Shown piece by piece: positions 57,833 through 64,000 of a DNA stretch of 64,000 nucleotides; positions within the stretch are counted from its first letter, which is position 1, and every line of letters begins with the position of its first letter. The translations under genes were made by a program, and so were the position numbers. The notes below the pieces were generated by a model, which was not told the origin of the DNA, did not search any database, and saw nothing but the letters and a program-made list of their open reading frames with translations. The stretch covers positions 2,788-66,787 of the forward strand of contig WGCW01000044.1 in assembly GCA_015493585.1 (NCBI GenBank). Direction: 5' to 3'. This DNA comes from Acidobacteriota bacterium (GTDB taxonomy: Bacteria > Acidobacteriota > Thermoanaerobaculia > Thermoanaerobaculales > Sulfomarinibacteraceae).

Positions 57833-59458
57833 TCACCGGCGGGGGCTCGAGACGGTCCACTCATCGACGTTGAAGTACGCGGTGGCATCGTTGATGATGG
57901 CGTGCTGAATCCTCCGGTTGATCCCGTCGAGCCGCTCCCCCTCGTAGAGGAACGTATACGGCTGGTCGCGATGAACTAGCTCCTGGAAACGATCGAGCAG
58001 CGGCTTTTGGGCCGCCGCGGTCTCCAGAGCCGGAAGCCGGTCGATCAACCGGTCGACTTCGGGATTGGCATAGCCAACGTAGTTGTAGGTCGGCGCTCCC
58101 GGCGGCGCCGAATGCCAGAGCGGCGCCGGGTCAACCTGCGTCCCCTCGCGCCAGGCACTGACGTACGCGTCGAAGGTGCCGTGCTCGAGGCGGGAGAGCA
58201 TCGTGCCCCACTCAATGAAGCGGATGTCGACCTTGATCCCGACCCTCCTGAGCTGACCCGCAACCATCTGGCAGATGTCTTCACGCATCTCGTTACCGGC
58301 GTTCGTCATCAGCTCGAAGGCGAACGGTTTCCCATCACGATCGAGGATGCCGTCGCCGTTCGTGTCCGTCCATCCGGCCGAGGTCAGCAACGTGCGCGCC
58401 CGCGCCGGATCGTAGGGGTACGGAACGAGGGCATGGTCGTACGCCCACATCGTCGAGAGCACCGGGCCGGTGGCCAGGCGGCCGTACCCGCGCACCACTG
58501 TGTCGAGGATCGTTTGCCGGTCCAAAGCGAGCGTCAGGGCTCGCCGGACGCGCGCATCGTCAAAGGGTGCCTTCCTGCAGTTCCACCCGATATATCCGTA
58601 GCTGCGGTCGGGAAAGTGGATCAGCCTGACACGCGGATCATTCCGGAGCTGTCCAGCCTGCCGGGGAGGAATGCCCTGCATGAAATCGATCTCTCCCGTA
58701 CGAAGCTGGGTCAGCAGATTCCCTTGATCGGGAACGATGCGCCAGATCAACCGGTCGAGAAACGGCCGTCCCTTCTTCCAGTACAGCGGGTTGCGTTTGA
58801 GCACGAACTGCTGTTGCGGCGTTGCCGAGTCCAGCATGAACGGGCCGGCTGAGAGTGCGAGCTTCCGCCAGTCCTGCCGGTCCCACGTCCCATAGGGAAT
58901 CGAGCTCCACGCATGGGCGGGAATGATCGGACCATCGTTGGCATCCATGAGCTCATACGGGTAGCGGTGCGTGAAATGAAAGCGGACCGTGTGAGCATCG
59001 GGAGCATCGACCGAGCGGATCTTCCGCTTCAGGTTCTCGATCTCCCATCCGATCTCTGGATTGGTCCTCGTCCGGTAGCTGAAGAGCACATCGGCAGACG
59101 TGACGGGGACACCATCGCTCCAATGCGCGCCAGACCTCAGATGAAACGTCAACGTCAGGTGGTCGGGCGAGAACTTCCACGAGCTCGCCAGATTGGGCGT
59201 GAAGGATGGTGGATGGGTACGGTAGTCGACCTGTTCGATCGCCAGCGTCGGGTAGAGCAAGCTCAAGACGTCGTCACCAAGGGCAGTCTCGTTGAGATAC
59301 GGGTTCCAGTTGTGGATGCCGGAAAGCGTGCCAATAACAACGGTACCGCCATGCGCCGGAGCCGTGACCTGGCCCGGCTTCGTTGTGGGAGCAGAGGGGC
59401 CACACGCGGCGGCAAAGGCGATGACTGCTCCTAAAATGGCGAACGGCGCACGTTTCAT
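57833..59458 (-). CDS. ABC transporter substrate-binding lipoprotein (family 5, DppA/OppA)
   Basis: Lipobox AAAC; WSDGVPVTSADVLFS, GPF, DARVRRAL, GWTDTNGDGILDRDG. Confidence 0.9.
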   Translation of the reverse strand: MKRAPFAILGAVIAFAAACGPSAPTTKPGQVTAPAHGGTVVIGTLSGIHNWNPYLNETALGDDVLSLLYPTLAIEQVDYRTHPPSFTPNLASSWKFSPDHLTLTFHLRSGAHWSDGVPVTSADVLFSYRTRTNPEIGWEIENLKRKIRSVDAPDAHTVRFHFTHRYPYELMDANDGPIIPAHAWSSIPYGTWDRQDWRKLALSAGPFMLDSATPQQQFVLKRNPLYWKKGRPFLDRLIWRIVPDQGNLLTQLRTGEIDFMQGIPPRQAGQLRNDPRVRLIHFPDRSYGYIGWNCRKAPFDDARVRRALTLALDRQTILDTVVRGYGRLATGPVLSTMWAYDHALVPYPYDPARARTLLTSAGWTDTNGDGILDRDGKPFAFELMTNAGNEMREDICQMVAGQLRRVGIKVDIRFIEWGTMLSRLEHGTFDAYVSAWREGTQVDPAPLWHSAPPGAPTYNYVGYANPEVDRLIDRLPALETAAAQKPLLDRFQELVHRDQPYTFLYEGERLDGINRRIQHAIINDATAYFNVDEWTVSSPRR

Positions 59459-59468
59459 TCGGCCCATT

Positions 59469-60860
59469 TTATCCAGAGCCCCCACGGGTTACGGGAATGG
59501 CGTAGCGCTTGAGCTTCTCGTACAGGGTCGACCGGGAGATACCCAGGACCGTTGCGGTGCGTTTGATGTTCCCGCCGGTCGCGTGGAGCACGCGAGCGAT
59601 GTGCTCCCGCTCGACATCTGCGAGCGGACGCAGGACGGTTTCGTTCCCGCCCGCGAGATTCTTCGGAAGGTGCCGGACCGTGATCTGGCCGCGTCCCGCG
59701 AGAATGATCGCCCGCTCCAGGACATTTCTCAGCTCACGGACGTTCCCCGGCCAGGAGTAGCGGCGCAACAGATCCCGGGCGCGGGCGCTGATGCCGGTGA
59801 CGGCACATCCGGTCAACGGGTTCAAAGTGGCGATGAAGTAGGCGGTCAGATCGTCCAGATCCTCCACGCGTTCGCGGAGAGGTGGGATGACGACCGGAAA
59901 CACATTGAGACGGTAGAACAGATCCCTCCGGAACGTCCCATGCCCGGTCATCTCCTCCAGATCGCGGTGGGTCGCAGCGATGATCCGGACATCAACCGGA
60001 AGCTGGCGCACCCCGCCCACTCTCCGGAACGTCCGGTCCTCCAGCGCCTTGAGGACCTTGGCCTGGGTCTGGAGGTCGAGGTCTGCGACTTCATCGAGGA
60101 AGAGTGTGCCCCCGTTGGCCACCTCCATCAGTCCGGGCTTACGGGCGTGGGCGCCCGTGAACGCGCCGCGTTCGTGCCCAAAGATTTCGGATTCGGCGAG
60201 CTGAGGCTGAATGCTCGCGCAGTTGACATCGACAAACGGTCCGGCCGCGCGTTTCGAGAGCCGGTGGATCTCACGCGCCAGCATCCCCTTCCCCGTGCCG
60301 GACTCGCCGCGCAGCAGGACGGAGGCTCCCGTGGGAGCGACCCGAACGACCTGATCACGAACTTCGGCCATGGCGTGGCTGGAGCCGACAATATGGGGCA
60401 TGCCGCCGGAGTCCGACGCGCGTTTGTTGGCGATGGCATTTTTGTACGTCTCGACGTGCTGGCGGTTTCGATGCTCCTGGAGCTCACGCTTGATGATGTT
60501 GAGGAACAGTGCGGGTTCGACTGGCTTGGGAACGAAGTTGTCAGCCCCCCGCCTCATGCTCTCAACGACGGTCTCGACGTCGGACAGGCCCGTCATGACG
60601 ATGACCGAAATAATCTCGCCCATCTCCCGGATTTCATCCAAAAGCTCGAAGCCGCTGCCGTCGGGCAGCGTCAGGTCCAGGAGCACAAGATCCGGGACCC
60701 GCTGCGCCAGGACGGCACGGGCCTCGGCCAAAGAATGCGCCGTTGCCACCGTGGCGGCGCGGCTCGCAAGAATCTCCTCGATCACCGAGCACAGATCGGG
60801 ATCGTCATCGACGATGAGGATGTCGCCCTGCCGTTCAGCGGTTGCCCCAGCTGCGGTCAT
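59469..60860 (-). CDS. NtrC-family sigma54-dependent response regulator
   Basis: Receiver (IVDDD, LLDLTLPD, VPKP); GESGTGKG, GAFTGA, WPGNVREL; Fis HTH. Confidence 0.93.
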   Translation of the reverse strand: MTAAGATAERQGDILIVDDDPDLCSVIEEILASRAATVATAHSLAEARAVLAQRVPDLVLLDLTLPDGSGFELLDEIREMGEIISVIVMTGLSDVETVVESMRRGADNFVPKPVEPALFLNIIKRELQEHRNRQHVETYKNAIANKRASDSGGMPHIVGSSHAMAEVRDQVVRVAPTGASVLLRGESGTGKGMLAREIHRLSKRAAGPFVDVNCASIQPQLAESEIFGHERGAFTGAHARKPGLMEVANGGTLFLDEVADLDLQTQAKVLKALEDRTFRRVGGVRQLPVDVRIIAATHRDLEEMTGHGTFRRDLFYRLNVFPVVIPPLRERVEDLDDLTAYFIATLNPLTGCAVTGISARARDLLRRYSWPGNVRELRNVLERAIILAGRGQITVRHLPKNLAGGNETVLRPLADVEREHIARVLHATGGNIKRTATVLGISRSTLYEKLKRYAIPVTRGGSG

Positions 60861-61013
60861 ACCGTTTGAGTATACCGCGTGTGGAGCAGCCCAGCCGGGT
60901 GCACCCGCGTTCTCCCAACGCACATCGTGGGATTCCCCCGACCCCGTTGCGGGGACACAAAAGAGCCGCTTCCGGGGGATGGGGAAGCGGCTCACCGGGA
61001 GGGAAAACTCAGC

Positions 61014-62492
61014 TCAGCGGGTCAGGGACTGTGAGAAATCAATCATCCGCCGGGCCGAGCGGGACTGGCCTGAGGTATCGGTGACGGTCAACATGACCTT
61101 GAACTGCGATCCGTCGAGCGGGAAGGTGTGGTCAATGACGATGTCCTTGCGACCGCTGATGATGGTGCCGTCATCGAAGTCCCATTCGTAGGAGACGATG
61201 CCGTGATCGTCGGTCGAACCCCGTGCATCTACGGTGCAGGTGCGCCCATCGCACGTATAGGTAAACGTTGCATGGGGCGGCTGGTCCACCACGGCCTGAA
61301 TGTACCCGGTGTACAGGAGGCCGGTCGGAGAACCATTGGCATCTTCGGGAATGACCTGGCTGGCGGAGTTCAGGATGTCCCACGTGAGCTTCTGGACGGA
61401 CGCGTGTGGAAATTCGTTCAGCTCCATCGCTGCTGTGCCCGCGACCGCCGGCGCTGCGAACGATGTTCCACTCATCACGGCCGTCTGGGTATCGGTCCGT
61501 CCCCATGCAGTCTTGATGTTCTGCCCGGGTGCAAATGCATCGACACAGGTGCCAACATCGGAAAAGTACGCCCGCTGATCGTCGATCGTCGACGCACCAA
61601 CGGTGAAGGCGTCCGGAACGCGCGCCGGAGAAATCAGGCAGGCGTCGGAAGCCCCGTTTCCGGCGGCAACCGTCGTGAAGACGCCGGCCCGGATCAGTCC
61701 TTCGACGGCATCATCGAGCGCCCGGTTTGGAGCCGCAGTGATGCTGATGTTGGCGACGGCCGGTGCCTGGAAGTTCCCGGCGACCCAGTCAATCCCAGCA
61801 ATCAAATCGGAGACGGTGCCCCTTCCATTTCTGCCAAGGACGCGGACCGGGTGGATCGTGGCGTCTTTGGCAACTCCGTAGAGCGTTCCGGCCGCGACGG
61901 CCGCGACGGCGGTCCCATGACCGTACCCGTCTTCCGTCCCAAGACCATCATGGATGGTGGTAAAGGCGTGAACGGTATCGACACGTCCAGCTAGGTCGAC
62001 GTGTGTGCTCCGGACGCCGGAATCAATGATGTAGATGTTGACCCCTGCTCCGGTCTGATTGTAGGTGTACTTCCCATCAAGATCGTTTGTTGTCTGGTCG
62101 ATCCGGTCAAGCCCCCACGAGGGTGCCGGGGATTCAACAGCCGCGGCCGATGTCACCCCGTCCTGGATGACGTAGGCAACATGTGGGTCGTCGGCCATCC
62201 GTTCGGCGCTCAAGGCGCTCATCGTCACGGCAAAGCCCTGAATCGCGTGGGTGTAGGACCGGGCGGGGCGCCCGTGATACCGGGCGGCGAGCTTCCGGGC
62301 GAGATCTGGAACGGTTGCACCGTGCTGGCCCAGCATCCCTTGCGGTTGCAGTGCATCCGCCTTGAGGACAACGATGTAGCGGCCGGGAATCGCCCGGTCA
62401 ACCTCAATCACTTTTGCCTGCGCCGTCGCGGCAAAGGCCAAGGCTCCCATCATGATGATCCCTGCGATTCTTGAAACGCTGTGCTTTTTCAT
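61014..62492 (-). CDS. Secreted S8 serine protease (aqualysin/proteinase K-like) with I9 propeptide and PKD domain
   Basis: YIVVLK propeptide; WGLDRIDQ; IDSG (D), GHGT (H), AAGN, SGTS (S); C-terminal DARGSTD...YEWDFDDG. Confidence 0.92.
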   Translation of the reverse strand: MKKHSVSRIAGIIMMGALAFAATAQAKVIEVDRAIPGRYIVVLKADALQPQGMLGQHGATVPDLARKLAARYHGRPARSYTHAIQGFAVTMSALSAERMADDPHVAYVIQDGVTSAAAVESPAPSWGLDRIDQTTNDLDGKYTYNQTGAGVNIYIIDSGVRSTHVDLAGRVDTVHAFTTIHDGLGTEDGYGHGTAVAAVAAGTLYGVAKDATIHPVRVLGRNGRGTVSDLIAGIDWVAGNFQAPAVANISITAAPNRALDDAVEGLIRAGVFTTVAAGNGASDACLISPARVPDAFTVGASTIDDQRAYFSDVGTCVDAFAPGQNIKTAWGRTDTQTAVMSGTSFAAPAVAGTAAMELNEFPHASVQKLTWDILNSASQVIPEDANGSPTGLLYTGYIQAVVDQPPHATFTYTCDGRTCTVDARGSTDDHGIVSYEWDFDDGTIISGRKDIVIDHTFPLDGSQFKVMLTVTDTSGQSRSARRMIDFSQSLTR

Positions 62493-62537
62493 GGCCCGTT
62501 CCCCCTTTCGTCGATTTCCCTCTCGACCTTGGAAAAA

Positions 62538-62552
62538 GCAAGGGACGTGCCA
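62538..62552 (-). promoter_or_regulatory. Sigma54 -24/-12 promoter of the S8 protease gene
   Basis: Minus strand TGGCACG-TCCC-TTGC, consensus match, about 45 nt upstream of the ATG. Confidence 0.85.
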
Positions 62553-62569
62553 AGCCTCCGGAATGGATA

Positions 62570-62582
62570 TAACTAATTGATA
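62570..62582 (-). promoter_or_regulatory. IHF-binding site
   Basis: Minus strand TATCAATTAGTTA matches WATCAANNNNTTR within an AT-rich tract. Confidence 0.7.
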
Positions 62583-62628
62583 TACCGTATGTTATAGTTG
62601 TTCTATCTTGACTGTTGGACTCGTATCA

Positions 62629-62725
62629 TGACCGGAATCTGGACAGTGCTTCAGGGGGTTTTTGCAACAAACCCACGCGCGGCCAGCGTTTCGGCCTGTT
62701 GTCTTTGATGTCCGGTTACCGGTCA
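62629..62725. promoter_or_regulatory. Two candidate enhancer (bEBP UAS) sites
   Basis: 17-bp quasi-palindromes TGACCGGAATCTGGACA (62629-62645) and TGTCCGGTTACCGGTCA (62709-62725); 14/17 identical in inverted orientation. Confidence 0.55.
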
Positions 62726-62769
62726 GGAGCCCTTCGATCCGGTCAGCAGCACCCCGGCAAGAGTTTCCT

Positions 62770-63069
62770 TCAGGTGAGCAGAACAAACCGGAGCTGGCTG
62801 AGGAACACCTTGAGGGCCCAGATCAGCAGAATGACGAAGATGGGAGAGAGATCCACCGGTATCGTTCTGTGGAACAGCTTCCACTGCAACCGGCGGAACG
62901 GACGAAGCAGCGGATCGGTGATGATCCGGAGCGTCCTGACGATCGGGTTGTACGGGTTGGGCTCAACCCATGAGATCAGCGCCTGAATGATGACGACCCA
63001 CATCGTCAAGCTCAAAAGGAGCTGGAGCACGGCGAGCAGAGGAAACACGAAGAGCCGGATGAAGCTCAT
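62770..63069 (-). CDS. yggT: YggT-family membrane protein
   Basis: ALISWVEPNPYNPIVR.L..ITDPLLRPFRR...VDLSPI. Confidence 0.92.
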   Translation of the reverse strand: MSFIRLFVFPLLAVLQLLLSLTMWVVIIQALISWVEPNPYNPIVRTLRIITDPLLRPFRRLQWKLFHRTIPVDLSPIFVILLIWALKVFLSQLRFVLLT

Positions 63070-63755
63070 GCAGCCCCCCGTGGCCCAAAGATCGCCGTTC
63101 CCACCCGAACGTGCGTGGCACCCTCTTCGATGGCAACCTCGAAATCGTGGCTCATCCCCATCGAGAGCCAGGGAAGCGGGATCCCGAGTTGCTGGCGGAG
63201 CCCGCGGGCCAGTGTGGCGAGCCGCTGGAAGAAGGGGCGGACCGCGGCGGGATCGGGGTCGAACGGCGGCACCGTCATCAAACCCCGTAGCTCGAGCTGC
63301 GGCTGGGCGAGCACCTGCCGGGCCAGCGCAGCAGCCCCCGGCGGGGCGATACCGGCCTTCTGCGGCTCGCCACCGACGTTGACTTCGAGGAGAACCGGCA
63401 GCCGGCGCCCGGGCCAGTGTGTTTCAAGCAACGTGACCAGCCGGTCGACGAGCTCGGGACGGTCGATGGTTTCGACAATGTCGAAGACCTCAAGCGCGAG
63501 CCTCGCCTTGTTGCGTTGCAGCGGACCGATGAGGTGCCATGTGGCGGGGGGTACCCCACGCTTCTTGGCTGCCGCTTCACCAACCCGGTTCTCCCCAAGA
63601 TCGGTGATGCCGGCCTGCACCGCCTGAGCAACGGCCTCGGCCGGGTGGGTCTTGCCAACGGCGATGAGTGTGACCTGTGCCGGATCCCGTCCCGCACGTT
63701 CAGCGGCTTCGGCCATCCTGCGCCGGACCTCCAGGATGCGTGCCTCGATCCCCAT
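63066..63755 (-). CDS. yggS: PLP homeostasis protein YggS/PLPBP
   Basis: LIAVGKT, GENRV, WHLIGPLQRNK, GLMTVPP, LSMGMSHDFEVAIEEGATHVRVGTAIFG. Confidence 0.95.
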   Translation of the reverse strand: MGIEARILEVRRRMAEAAERAGRDPAQVTLIAVGKTHPAEAVAQAVQAGITDLGENRVGEAAAKKRGVPPATWHLIGPLQRNKARLALEVFDIVETIDRPELVDRLVTLLETHWPGRRLPVLLEVNVGGEPQKAGIAPPGAAALARQVLAQPQLELRGLMTVPPFDPDPAAVRPFFQRLATLARGLRQQLGIPLPWLSMGMSHDFEVAIEEGATHVRVGTAIFGPRGAA

Positions 63756-63777
63756 GATTCCTCAAATGCCTGGGCGG

Positions 63778-64000
63778 TCAGCCGGCTGCCGCATCGTCCG
63801 GGAAAAGCTCTTCAAGATTGGGGAGCACCAGGATCCGGTGACAGTGCTCGCAGGTAATGATCTCCTCGGCGCGGCGGACCCGTTGCTGAACGTGAGGCCT
63901 CAGCTCGAAATGGCACAGCGAGCATGATCCATCGATGACCACGGAGATCGCCTTGCCCTGCCTGCTCTTGAGCAGCCGGAGAAAGCGCGAGCGGTTGGCT
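63778..64000 (-). CDS. C-terminus of a C4 zinc-ribbon (zf-RING_7/CT398-like) protein; partial, not in ORF track
   Basis: Manual translation ...RFLRLLKSRQGKAISVVIDGSCSLCHFELRP...EEIITCEHCHRIL...AAG*. Confidence 0.85.
   Translation of the reverse strand, partial: ANRSRFLRLLKSRQGKAISVVIDGSCSLCHFELRPHVQQRVRRAEEIITCEHCHRILVLPNLEELFPDDAAAG

Overview
A GC-rich bacterial chromosome segment. Gene content (Oar-type TonB receptor, mlaEFD-radA next to dnaB, MglA-like GTPase, tandem FGE-domain protein) suggests Acidobacteriota, possibly Thermoanaerobaculia; this is inference, not a database result. Housekeeping blocks occupy about 1-26.8 kb (tRNA-Arg(ACG), fused purL, radical SAM pair, radA-mlaDFE-dnaB-aroB, TonB receptor, rimI-tsaB-mltD-mglA-like) and about 43.7-64 kb (TPR/2xcNMP protein, tolQR-tolA-tolB, MFSD1-like MFS, ECF/anti-sigma/ybjQ, hemG with a peptide ABC transporter, sigma54 regulator, S8 protease, yggT/yggS). 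Between them lie a repeat-dense non-coding kilobase (26.85-28.2 kb), kbl, and a heavy-metal module (copAB, leader ORF, czcCBA, P-II, ECF, anti-sigma, ZraP/Spy-like) that ends in a decayed hsdR and a probable integron-integrase remnant. Best candidate for an undescribed system: a CutF/CruR-like secreted Cys-motif leader peptide ending in EPPRAA, whose stop codon can base-pair with the czcC Shine-Dalgarno and start. This suggests metal-gated translational control of an RND pump, in the same module as an apparently autoregulated ECF circuit (two identical CCGTCACG-N16-CGTCT promoters). Also notable: a TSD-flanked MITE carrying a REP doublet, an in-frame palindromic insert in hsdR, and a complete UAS-IHF-sigma54 promoter. 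All product calls come from motif recognition by eye; no searches were run.
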